Shown piece after piece: positions 14,141 through 26,324 of a stretch of 64,000 bases of DNA (the first letter of the stretch is position 1; every line of letters begins with the position of its first letter). The notes beneath the pieces are model-generated. The model worked only from the letters and a program-made list of their open reading frames with translations, was not told the origin of the DNA and made no database searches. The stretch lies in assembly GCF_009914755.1 (NCBI RefSeq), contig NC_060928.1; one strand, given 5' to 3'. This stretch comes from the human T2T-CHM13v2.0 reference genome, Homo sapiens. The position numbers and the translations under genes are program-made.

Positions 14141-17100
14141 GTTCTTGCTTTTCTAGTTCCTTGAAGTGTATCATTAGGTAAGTTTATTTGATGTATTTTT
14201 ACTTTCTTGATGTAGACATTTATTGCCATAAACCTCCTTCTTAGTATTGCTTTTGCTGTATCTTATAGATTTGGGTATGTTATATTTCCATTTCTATTTG
14301 TTTCAAGAAATTTTAATTTTTTCTTCTTAATTTCTTCATTGACCCATTGGTCATTCAGGAGCATGTTGTTTCATTTTTATGTGTATGTGTAGTTTCCAAG
14401 ATTCCTCTTGTTATTGACTTCTAGCTTTATTCCATTGTGGTCAAAAACAATATTTGATATGATTTCTCCTTTTTGAGTTTGTTGAGACTTGTTTTGTGGG
14501 CTAAAATATGGCAGACTCTGGAGAATGTTCCATGTGCTGATTCAAAAGAATGTGTATTCTGCAGCAGTTGGGTGAAATGCTCTGCAAATGTCAGTTAGGT
14601 CTATTTGGTCTAGTGTGTAGTTTAATTCTGATGTTTCCTTGTTGATTTGCTGTCTGCATGACTTGTCCATTGAAGTCCCTTACTATTACTGTACTGCAGT
14701 CTACGTCTCCCTTGAGCTCCATTATGTTTGCCTTATATACTTCGGTGCTCTGCTGTTGGGTGCATAGATATTTATAATTGTTATAGCCTCTTGCAAATCG
14801 ACCCCTTTATTCTCATATAGTGACCTTCTTTGGCTCTTTTTATAGTTTTTTACTTTATTTTATCTGACATAAGTATAGCTACTCCTGTTTTTTTGTTTGT
14901 TTTTGCTTGCATGGAATATCATTTTTCATCACTTCACTTTCAATTTATGTGGGTTTTTATAGATGAGGTGGGTTTCTTATAGCTGGATCTTGTTTCATTA
15001 TCCATTCAGCCATTTTATGTCTTTTAATTGAAGAATTAAATCCATTTACATTTAGTGTTATTATTGATAAGGGCTTACTACTGCTATTTTGTTGCTTGTG
15101 TTCTCCTTTTTAAACTCCTTTCTTACTGTCTTCCTTTGTGGTTAAGTGATTGTTTTGGTAGTATGTTTTAATTTATTGCTTTTTATTTTTAGTGTATCTA
15201 TTATAGGTTTTTGCATTGTGGTCACCATGAAGCTTACAAAAAATGTCTTATAGATATAACAAGTTGTTTTAAAGAGATGATAATTTATCTTAGATCAGAA
15301 AAAAGAATAGAAACAAAGAACAAACTTAAAAAACAAAAAACCCTCTATACATTGACTCCAATACCCCCCACATTTTGACTTTTCTTTTCTCAGTTTACAT
15401 ACTTTTATATTGTCTGTCTGTTAATAAGTTGCTATAGCTATTATTGTTTTGCATATACTTGCCTTATAGGTTTCCTACTAGAGTTTTGAGTGGATTGCAT
15501 ACCATAATTACAGCACTGGAGTATTCTTGGGTTGTCTTCATACTAGTGGGTTTTATACCTTCAAATGTTTTCTTTTTGCATGTTAGTGTTTTTTTTTCTT
15601 TCAAATTGAAGAACTCCCTTTAGCATTTCTTGTAAGACAGGTCTGGTGGTTGTGACTTCTCTTAGCTTTTGTTTGTCTGGGAAGAGTTAATTTCTCTTTC
15701 ATATATGAAGAATAGCCTTTCCAAATATAGTATTCTTGGGTGGCAGGGTTTTTTCAGAACATTGAAAATGTTGTTGCGTACCCTCCTGGCCTGTATGGTT
15801 TTCGTTGATAAGTCTGTTGCCAGATGAATTGGAGTTTCTTTGTATGTTACTTGCTTCTTTTCTCTTGCTGCTTTTAGGATCCTCTCTTTATCCTTGACAT
15901 TTGGGAGTTTGATTATTTTATGCCTTGATGTAGTCTTATTTGGGATGAATCTGTTTGGTATTCTCTGACCTTCCTCTACATGGACATTTATATCTTTTTC
16001 AATTTTTGGAAAGCTTTCTGTTACTATTTATTTGAATAAGCTTTCCATCCCTTGCTCTTGCTCAACTACCTCTTGAACAACAATAAATTTTAGACTTGGT
16101 CATTTCCATGTATTTTAGGTAAACTTTCTTCCTGTTCAATCTTTTTTCTCTTTTGACTGTGTGATATTGAATAGGCTATCTTCAAGCCAACTGATTCCTT
16201 CCTTTGCTTGATCTATTCTGCTGTTGAGACCCTCTAATAAATTTTTCATTTCAGCAAATGTTTTTTCAGTTCCAAGATTTGTTTGATTTTTAAAATTATT
16301 ATTTCAATCTCTTTGTTAAATTTCTCTGATAAATTTCTGAATTGCTTTTCTGTGTTATCCTGAAGGCCACTGAGTTTCCTTAAAATTGCTATTTTGAATT
16401 ATTTGTCAGAGAGCTCATGTATCGCCATCTTCTTAGGGCCTGTCATGGGTATCTTGCTTTGTCCAGTTAGGGAGGTTTTGGTTCCCTATTTGCTGTTGTT
16501 TCTTGTGGATATACCTCTATGTCTTTGCATTGAAGGATTTGTTATTTATTCCAGTCTTTTCTGGCTTGTTTTGGTTTTTATTTGGTATATTTGCCTAGAG
16601 ATTCTTTGTAATTTACTTGTTAATTTCTTATTTCCCCCACCACTAAGTTGCCACCTCCTTTTTGGTGCTAGATGATGCCTTAAGCACAGGTTTGCCTCAG
16701 CTCTAGCAAAGAATCAGAGTGCTGCAAGTCCCAAATGGAAGAAGTCCCAGTGGGGATATCTTGCCAATTTGGGAAGGCTGGCTAGAGGTTCATGCCCAAG
16801 GGACCTGTGGAAGGTAATTCCTAAAGCTAGTGCTGCTAAACAGTCACTCTGATTTGGCATCTCCTTTGGCTTAATTACAGAGCAGAGTTTCCAGGGCTGG
16901 GCAAGGTAGTCCCACCTCTCACCTTGACTTTTGCTGTTTGCAGGGATATTTCTTTCTTCAGGCACTTGTGATGCTTTCTGTGGGTTGAGGCAGGTACAGT
17001 TCCCCTGCCGGGGAGCCGAAGGTGATGGGGAAGCTGCTTGTCGACCTCTATCTCACTTTTTCCAGGGTAGAAACTATGAGTGGGGAGGAATTTTCCCCAT

Positions 17101-17919
17101 GCTTCATGACAGGCAGATTGTGGGGAGGGGCATCGTGGATGTGGAAATCTGATTCTCTTAGTCTATTCCAGGCTTTTTCACTTGTCTGTGGCCCCAGGAA
17201 CTGACTCATCCTCATCTTTGAGTTCTGGGATATTGCTGGTGATAATATCTGCACTGTCTATTTGTTTTGAGTTTTCTGTGGACAGGGAAATGAAGCCAGT
17301 ATGCCACCATTTTGGAACTGAAATTCTCCAAAGTATACACTTTAAGTCGCTATGATAAGCGACTCTCATAGGCCAAATTCTTTTAAACATGACAAGTCTT
17401 AAAAAATCAAGTATCCACCAATTCTTTAACACAAAATATTAATATAAATACTAATTATACATCTTCCAGAGGTTGCACCTAGAAACTTTTTGGAGTAAGT
17501 AAGACTGTCCATCTAAGTGCCCAATAGGACAAAAACCTTGCAGGCTTTGAAAGATTCTTACACACCCATAGGAAACGATTACATCATTGTATGTAATTTG
17601 GGGAATTCCTTCTTAGATACTTGGCCAGCAATATTGGCTGAGAAGCTGACAGTAGTCTTGTCTGTGACCCTGACCAGTACACACTGAGCTCTAGTTATAC
17701 TTAATAATAGAAACTGAATGAAAAGAAAACAGTGGTTACACAGCTTATATTCCTGACTTTGAATCATATCATGACTCATTGTTTTTCCAACTACATGGAA
17801 GTTGGCAACCCCTACACAGACTGGCATACCACAAAGTTGGACTCAGCAGTTATTTGGCTAAGATATATATATAGATATATAGATATATATCTATATTATA
17901 TATATAGAGAGAGAGAGAT

Positions 17920-18200
<281 letters not shown>

Positions 18201-18399
18201 AAGATATTTTAGTACATTTTTCAAGGTGCTCCAAATAAGTTAGAACTTGATAAAATTCTACCTTCTTTTCATATTCTTCTCTGAAGTGGTCTGAAAGGCC
18301 ATATAACCCTTATATATATTAAAATGATATCAGTCACTCATGGTTTTGCTTGACTATGTGGGTGAAAATAGTGCACTATATTTCTTCATTCCCATCTTT

Positions 18400-21062
18400 A
18401 AATGAAGTCAGCTCTTGTGTGGTGGAGGCAAGATGTCAGTCAAGACAAGGGGCCTGGTCTAGGCTTCTTTCCCCTGAAGTCTTGTCTCTGCAATGGCCAC
18501 TTCAGATGTTTATACTCCATTCCTCCAGGTCTAGCCCATATTCTGAAAAGGCAAGGCAATCCACCACTCAACAAGTATTCATTGAGTGCCAGCCATGCTA
18601 TTGGGGATGAGAATAGTTCAGTGCATAAAAGAAAACAAAATCCCTGCCCCATGGGATTTACATCCAGTCATACTTAGCAGATGTGTGTGAATCTGGAAGC
18701 ACCTTTTCTATAGCCTGACAGAATTCTTACAACAGGTGAAAACTACTTGCCTTGTCTTCGGGAGCCTTGTGCATTTGGATCTATCCTTTAACAACTAACC
18801 TTGTCTATCATCCTCACAGTCTGACTCTTTACTTCTGGGATAGTCCAACAGAGACTTGAGGAAATGTTTCCTTCTCTCTTTTTCCATTTTCCCAAATTTA
18901 AATTCATGAAATATATATAAGTTCTCTAAATTAAAAACAACAGGATATTTTACCAACTTTCTGTTCTGAACTAATTTAAAATTTATGTTTCCAATCCCCA
19001 GAGATATGAACTAAAAAGCCTGAAATAAATGTAGATCAGTCACTTGAGCTGACATATGAAGCAGTCAACTTTACTCTGAGACGTTTTGTTTGATCTTTCA
19101 AGTTTCTAAAAGTATTTGGAAGCGGGAAACACTGTTCTTCATATGAGATAAAAGGAAGAAAAAAGGACCTTATAGTCAGGCTCATTGTGAAAAAACTAAT
19201 ATTAAGATAAGCTGAAGCAATCAAATGAGAGCATTTGCAAATCACTTGTTGGAGGTAAAGCTGGAAGCCTATGTAGTTCAGGAAAATGGAAGATGAGATG
19301 GCTGAGATCCCACGAAAAGACCACGTCCAATAGAAACTGTAATAAAACAGAGCTCAGCTACAGGAATTTTCAATGATGACAAAATTTTAAAGACATGCTT
19401 CTACTTTTGTATTGACTAAAGATCTTCAGGTTGAAAGTGTCAAGATCTGCTTAATAGCATATCCTCTGTTGCAACATTCAAAATCATCAGGATTCTTAGA
19501 TCTCAGTGAAAAATTGATGTTTGAAGAATAATTGAAGTATTCAGTCCATAAGGAAGCCTGAAGCTCCCTATACACCTTGAATTTCATGCTAAATAATCTG
19601 CAAGTTCTGGAAAATGCTGCTTAACTCTAGAAAAACTGACTAACCTTGATCTTGGTCAGCATATACTTGGTTCTTTACATATCACTTATCAATGGTCAGA
19701 AAGGGAAGAATACTTGAACTTATCTAACACAAAAATTCACAATTTAACCAATTGTTTCCCAGACACGAGGCTTACTAGAAGTGAGCCTTGTAAACTTTTA
19801 TTTAGCTGCAATTTAAATAACTTTACATTTTCAGATATGTGTTGAAGACCCTACCAGATGCTTTCTTCCCCTTTGAGAAGAAGCAGGAAAAGAAAACTTT
19901 CTCTAAAGGGCAACTTGACTCTTTTCACACACTGAAGACTTTGGAAGCTGGTGGCAACAACTTCATTTGCTCCTGTGAATTCCTCTCCTTCACTCAGGAG
20001 CAGCAAGCACTGGCCAAAGTTCTTATCGGTTGGCCAGCAAACTACCTGTGTGACTCTCCATCCCACGTGTGTGGCCAACAGGTTCAGGACGTCTGCCTTT
20101 TGGTGTCGGAGTGCCACAGGGTGGCACTGGTGTCTGGCATGTGCTGTGCCCTGTTCCTGCCCATGGGGGTTCTGTGCCACTGTTTCCACAGCCCGTGGTA
20201 CATGAAAATGATGTGGGCCTGGCTCTAGGCCAAAAGGAAGCACAGGAAAGCTTGCAGCAGGGACATCTGCTATGACGCATTTGTTTCTTATAGTGAGCAG
20301 GATGCCTACTGGGTGGAGAACCTTATGGTCCAGGAGCTGGAGAACTTCAATCCCCTCTTCAAGTTGTGTCTTCATAAGTGGGACTTCATTCCTGGCAAGT
20401 GGATCATTGACAATATCATTGACTCCATTGAAAAGAGACACAAAACTGTCTTTGTGCTTTCTGAAAACTTTGTGAAGAGTGAGTGGTGCAAGAAGGAACT
20501 GGACTTCTCCCATTTCCGTCTTTTTGATGAGAACAGTGATGCTGCCATTCTCATTCTTCTGGAGCCCATTAAGAAGCCATTTGCCTTAGTCAATCTGGGC
20601 TGCTATAGCAAAAATGCCAATAGACTGGGTAGTTTATAGATAAGAGAAATTCATTTCTCACAGATCTAGAGGCTGGGAAGTCCAAGATCAAGGTGTTGGC
20701 AGATTTGGTATCTGGTGAGGAACTCTTCCAGGCTCAAAGATAGCTGTCTTCTCACTGTGTTCTTGGTGGTGGAAGGGGTGAGGGAACTCTCTGAAGTTTC
20801 TTTTGGAAGGGAAATAATCCCATTCATGAAGCTTCTGCCCCCATGACCTAATCACTCATCAAAGGGCCCACCTCCAGTACCTCACATTGGGGGTTAGGAT
20901 TTCAACAGATGAATTTCAGGAGGACACAGGCCTTCAGTCTATGGCTAGGATCATTCCCCAGCATTTCTGTTAAGCTGCAGAAGATAATTAACACCTAGAC
21001 CTGCCTGGAGTGGCCACTAATGAAGCTCAGCGGGAAGGGTTTTAGTTAAAGAAAACTCCTAG
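18400..21062 (+). pseudogene. Tandem TLR2 paralogue pseudogene (LRRNT, LRRs, LRRCT, TM, TIR all traceable)
   Basis: Collinear broken translations: CLCNGHFRCLYSIPPGLAHILK (~18483, LRRNT); QMCVNLEA..GSLVHLDLSFNN (~18680-18795); RYELKSLK..SHLS*HMKQ (~19000-19065); FLDLSEKLMFEE (~19495); near-identical LRRCT-TM-TIR at 19900-20570. Disablements include TAG at 20226-20228, a 9-bp TM deletion, an L2-like insert (~18565-18655) and a MaLR LTR in the TIR. The terminal TCCTAG is at 21057-21062. Confidence 0.9.
20582..20946 (-). mobile_element. MaLR solo LTR (MLT1A/MST-like) interrupting the pseudogene TIR
   Basis: TGCCTTAGTCAATCTGGGCTGCTATAGCAAAA...GGCTGGGAAGTCCAAGATCAAGG; TIR homology resumes at ~20952. 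Confidence 0.8.
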
Positions 21063-21068
21063 TTTTTA

Positions 21069-21918
21069 GTTCGACCATTGTGGAAGACAGTGTGGTGATT
21101 CCTCAAGGATCTAGAACTAGAAATACCATTTGACCCAGCCATCCCATTACTGGGTATATACCCAAAGGATTATAAATCATGCTACTATAAAGACACATGC
21201 ACACGTATGTTTATTGCGGTACTATTCACAATAACAAAGACTTGGAACCAACCCAAACGTCCATCAATGATAGACTGGATTAAGAAAATGTGGCACATAT
21301 ACACCATGGAATACTATGCAGCCATAAAAAAGGATGAGTTCATGTCCTTTGTAGGGACATGGATGAAGCTGGAAACCATCATTATGAGCAAACTATCACA
21401 AGGACAAAAAACCAAACACCGCATGTTCTCACTCATAGGTGGGAATTGAACAATTCCCACCTGGACACAGGGTGGGGAACATCACACACCAGGGCCTAAC
21501 GTGGGGTGGGGGGCTGGGGGAGGGGTAGCATTAGGAGAAATACCTAATGTAAATGACGAGTTAATGGGTGCAGCACACCAACATGGCACATGTATACATA
21601 TGTAACTAACCTGCACGTTGTGCACATGTACCCTAGAACTTAAAGTATAATAATAATAAATAAAACATATCAAAAAAAAGAAAAATGAGCTTGGGAGTCA
21701 TCATGCCTCCTGCTCCCTTCCCCTGCCCCCAGCCCCCAGCCCCACTTCTGGCTGGGACCTTTGAAGAGTGCAGTTCCCTCTTCCCCATAATTCATTCTGT
21801 CCATCTACTCATTCCAACACACTTTTTGATCTGATTTCTATGGCTCAGCTCCAAGGTGCTTGCCTCAGTCCCCTGGCCCGCAGGAGCCCACAAAAAAAAA
21901 AAAAAAAAAAAAAAAAAA
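21069..21918 (+). mobile_element. 5'-truncated L1PA (L1PA4/5-like) with a 3' transduction
   Basis: ORF2 C-terminus (..TWNQPKRPSMIDWIKKMW..MFSLIGGN*) and L1 3'UTR to ~21685, then non-L1 sequence 21686-21891, then A27. TSD AAAACTCCTAGTTTTTA at 21052-21068 and 21915-21931. Confidence 0.9.
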
Positions 21919-22231
21919 CTCCTAGTTTTTAAAAGGGAAATATATACAACATGAAATATTCTGTTTTCAGAACTTGGTTCTATGTTAACTTAGAAGTTTA
22001 CTACTATTATTTTGCATAGGCAATATTTTTGAAATGTCTTAAAAAATTACGGACATACGGACATCTGTGCAGAGTAAAAAAATTTTGAAGAATGTATGTT
22101 CATGTATAAAGATCTGTAAAATAATGCAGGATTTATGGCATATTTTCATTAAGTGGTTTTCGGTGGATGAGTTTCTTATTATTTCATCTGACAATTACAA
22201 TATACTTTATGTGAAAAAGACATAGACTGTG

Positions 22232-22495
22232 TGTTTTGTTTTGTTTTTTCGAAACAGAGTCTCACTCTTATCTCCCAGCCTCAACACACTGGACTCAAAC
22301 GATCCTCCAACCTCAGCCTCCTGAGTAGCTGGGGTTACAGCTACAAACCATCATGCCTGGCTAATTTTTGAATTTTTGTAGAGATGGGGGTCTCCCTGTT
22401 TTGCCCAGGCTGGTCTCAAACTCCTGGACTCAAGATCCTCCTGTCTTGGGCTCCCAAAGTGCCGGGATTACAGGTGTGAACCACCACGCTGGCCT
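22232..22495 (-). mobile_element. AluJ-like element with an internal deletion
   Basis: Antisense Alu with a (TTTTG)n tail. Confidence 0.8.
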
Positions 22496-22870
22496 TGTGT
22501 TTTCGGATAACTTTCAGATAACAGCTTAGGATTTCAGTTAGATGCTCAAAACTATGAATATATACAATGAAAGTTACCCTTTCCCCAAATATTAGTACAT
22601 TTCATATGCCGTGTTGATTTTCTAACTTTAATCAACATTTTTTTTTTTTTGGTAGAGAGTTATAGGAGGTCTTATATCTAGATACAGAAGGAGACTTGGA
22701 GTCTAACCTGGGATTTGCCACATGTTAACTGTGAGCCATGCGACTCTGGGCAAGTTCCCTAATCACTTTAACCAAAGGAATAGTAATATCAGAATTATTT
22801 ATTGCATGTGTTATTGTAAGATTCAGATGAAATTCTAGATGTGAAGGTGCTTCAAAAATGTCAAGAACTA

Positions 22871-23172
22871 GGCCGGGTGCTGTGGCTCACACCTGTAATC
22901 CCAGCACTTTGGGAGGCCTAGGCTGGTGGATCACTTGGTGCCAGGAGTTCGAGACCAGCCTGGTCAACATAGCAAAACCCTGTCTCTACCAAAAATACAA
23001 AAATTAGCCAGGCGTGGTGGCACGCACCTGTAATCCCACCTACTTGGGAGGCTGAGGCAGAGAATTGCTTGAATCTGGGAGGTGGAGACTGCAGTGAGAT
23101 GAGATTGCACCACTGCACTCCAGCCTGGGTGACAAAACGAGACTCCATCTCAGAAAAAAAAAAAAAAAAAAG
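22871..23172 (+). mobile_element. AluS-like element
   Basis: Full dimer, poly(A), TSD AAAATGTCAAGAACT. Confidence 0.9.
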
Positions 23173-24419
23173 AAAATGTCAAGAACTGAACAAGTATAAG
23201 GACTGTGTCTGAATTGGACGTGCTAATAGCTTTGTGGACAGTGTACAACTACCTTCAATATATGCAGAGGACACTGATTTGTGGCTAAATAAATGATTTC
23301 TATCTGACTTTGCCAGACAATTCTAATTGACTTTGGGATTATAGAGCAATAGCATCAAAATCCACCTTAGGCAGTTCAACTAGGGAAGAGAAATAGAGAA
23401 AAAACAAGTTTTTAGTTTCAGGAGAAATAATTTGAAGGAAGTTTTCTTTTGTCAGAAATCACAAGGTAGAGAGCTGGAGATTTGGAATTAATAAGAAAGC
23501 ATTTTCAGCCAGCTGGACAACCTGATGGTCAGGATAAAGAAAAATAGTAAGATAGTGACCTGTATACAAAAACCTCTCAATTTCATATTTAGGTCTATTG
23601 ATTAAGTTTCCCTGATGTTCCAACCATCAGAGAGGATTAGGGATGTGGAACAGGGTAGGAGAAACAGCCCTGGATTTAAGGTAAAATTCTGGTTTCAAAT
23701 CTCAGTTCTGTCATATGTTATACAATTCACATGACATTTTCTTGTGTAAGGGAGGAACAAGGATGCTTGCTCTGCTTCATATCTCACTTTGTGAAAATCA
23801 AATGTAATTATGAACATAAAAGGTAGATTATTAACATTAAGGCAGTTGAATTTTAAAAGCTTGTTTTCTTCCCTTATACATATTCCTAACCGTGGAGACA
23901 GCTAGGTTCTGTGGCAATGAAGAAAATTGATCAATGACTGTTTTTGGTATTACTTTGGGAAGTAGGGATGGAATAGGGGCAAGGGAAGGGCTTAGCTTCA
24001 AACTGTAGACAGAAGTGGGAAGCCCAAATCTTTGCATGGTGAGAAGTGGGATGGAATGTAGGTGCTAGAGATGGTGCACCAGTAGGGACTGTCACTGGAT
24101 TGGGGAAAAAAATCCGGGGCTGTCCTTATCTGCTCCCTTAGGCAAAATCGTTCTGTGTTAGTCTGGAGGGTGAACCTATTTTAATGCAGGAGGGCATAGA
24201 CTTTTGGGTGGAAGCGGACCCTGGAGATGTACTGGCAGGTGAATAGAGTGTGGAAAAGTGGGGAAAGGAGAAGCACGATTCATGAGCCTGAGTTCGGGCT
24301 TCCATGGATGGAGAAGCATCAGGAGTGGAGTTTAAAGACGGTGTGTTTCAGGTGATGTGAGGTCCTGGATGCCCGAAGCTTCAAGAAAATACTGGTTGGG
24401 CACTTAGCTTTCCCTGTGG

Positions 24420-25450
24420 TTGCCAATCCCACGCAGGCCGCCTCTAGCGTCTCGATTCGCTTTTCTCTGACCTGGAACCTCCGCCAAGCCCCCAGCTCTC
24501 TTCTTCGACCCAGCCTTGCACGGGGCAGCTGTCGGGGCAGGACCCGCCTCTGGCCTGTCGCAGCCTAGCTCACGGTCAAGGGCGGGAGCCTGCTGGGAAG
24601 CACGGCCGCGGGGGCTCGCTCGGGGCCACCTGCCTGGAACTCAGCGCGAGGTCCAGAGTTCCCTCCGGCTGCGCAGCGGCGCACGTGCCCCGTGGAAGGG
24701 GCGGTTCCCGCACCCCAGAAGGAGGGGGCGCCCGGCCGCGCGGACTTTCCCTTTTGCTTACTTCCTAGTCCCGGGCAGGCCGGCTCGGAGGCAGCGAGAA
24801 AGCGCAGCCAGGTGACTGCTCGGAGTTCTCCCAGGTACGTCGTGCGCTCCCCACTCGTGTGGTCTCTCTGCACCCCTTCCTGGGGTCGGGTCGGGCAGGG
24901 GCGGAGGGGAGCCGCAGCCCGGTCACGGGCTCTGGGGAACCCGGGCTCCCGTTCGGCTGCACCTGGGCCCCTAGCTCCTGTCCGGGCGGGGATAGCGGGA
25001 AGCGCACCAGGCCCCCGGGACGCCGGTGCTTCTTTGCACGGCCCAGCGCGGGAATGTGGACACCAGCGAAGCCGGCTCAGGTCGGCCCTCGGGAGAAGCA
25101 GGGGCTACACGGAAAGGGAGCCCGAGGGTCCTGCAGAGCCCGAGGTCGGGACCCCGCGCGTGCAGTGCCAATGGGCTGCGGCTGGGCTGAGCGCCCTTCC
25201 AACCTTGCAGGCCCCGGGGGGGTTGCCGCGGAGAGCTTCCGCTGGGGCTCCGGGCCTCTGGCCGCCACCTCCCTCGGGAGGCCGAGGGGGGCGGTGGCCC
25301 CGGCCCGGCCCTCCCGCTTCCCTCACGGCCTGGCCCTCCCGCTTCCCTGATTCCCGGTAGGGTCGCCCTCCCCGCCTCCTGGCCCCTCTTGGCTCGGATG
25401 ACAAAGATTGGGTAAAGGCTTTCAACGAGCTAGCGTCTGGCAGGGGGTGT
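24420..25450 (+). promoter_or_regulatory. TLR2: TLR2 CpG-island promoter
   Basis: Sharp rise in GC and CpG content. GC box GGGGCGG at 24698-24704, kappaB-like GGACTTTCCC at 24742-24751 and Ets core ACTTCCT at 24760-24766, just upstream of exon 1; no TATA box nearby. Confidence 0.88.
24786..24834 (+). other. TLR2: TLR2 exon 1 (non-coding), 23-bp deletion allele
   Basis: Matches the remembered 5' end of TLR2 mRNA (CGGAGGCAGCGAGAAAGCGCAGCCAG..GTGACTGCTCGGAGTTCTCCCAG); donor CAG|GTACGT at 24835. The TSS position is approximate. Confidence 0.85.
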
Positions 25451-26324
25451 GTCCTCGCTCACTGGTTACTGCTAGGACGGAGCTTGGATTTTGGTCACCG
25501 TGGCTCAGAGGTGGGAAAGGTTCCGTGCTCTGGGTCTGTCCAGGACCCTGGCTCCCTAACCCAAGTCTGACCTCTGCTCCCTGGCAGGCTTCGCCCCACC
25601 TCTGCGTTCCTTCATTCTTAGGATGTGTGAGTTAGGTCTCTGATTAGAAAACAACTTACAGCGTTTAAGCAAAGTCGAGTCCTTCAAGTAAGAATGCTTT
25701 GAAGTGCCCTTTACAACTTCTTCAACTTCTATAAATATGAACTTGTGTTTAGAACTTAAATGCAAGCCAGGAAAGTCTTTTTCCTGTTTGAAAGAGAGAG
25801 AAAGAGAGAGAAAGAGGTGATTGGAAGTGGTGGGTGGGGGCGGAGAAAGAGAAGGAGAGTAATCTGGGTGTAGACAACTCAAAGTTTGCTGAGATGACTT
25901 TAATCTTTTGACTCTGTTATTAAGATTTTTACCAAAGAGCAACTGTAGCTATGGTGGCCTGACTTGAAGGGACAGACCAAACAAACAACAAAACACAAAA
26001 CAAAACAAACAAACAACAAAAGCAAGAGCAGAAACTATTGGAAAATGATTTATTCACCAATATTTTAAAGGTTCTTCCTGTTCTAAGCAAGGAACATCTT
26101 TAAGTTCTTTATAATGTACCCATTTTACATTTACAAAAACTGCCAGAAGTTGACAGCATGTTTTGGGGGTTTCTAAGCTATCAGTTAATTTTTTGGGGTA
26201 CAGTTTTATTGATAAACTAACAGAGTAGAAAAAATCTAATGGAATACCCCCAAATTTAAAAGAGGGCAAGAAAAGAGAGACAATAGAACATAAAACAAAT
26301 GGGACAAGAATAAAGTACATAGTT

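Noticed and set aside
24516-25425. Several 60-222-aa ORFs over the CpG island
   Set aside because: Expected from stop-codon scarcity in GC-rich DNA; low-complexity products with no recognisable domain.
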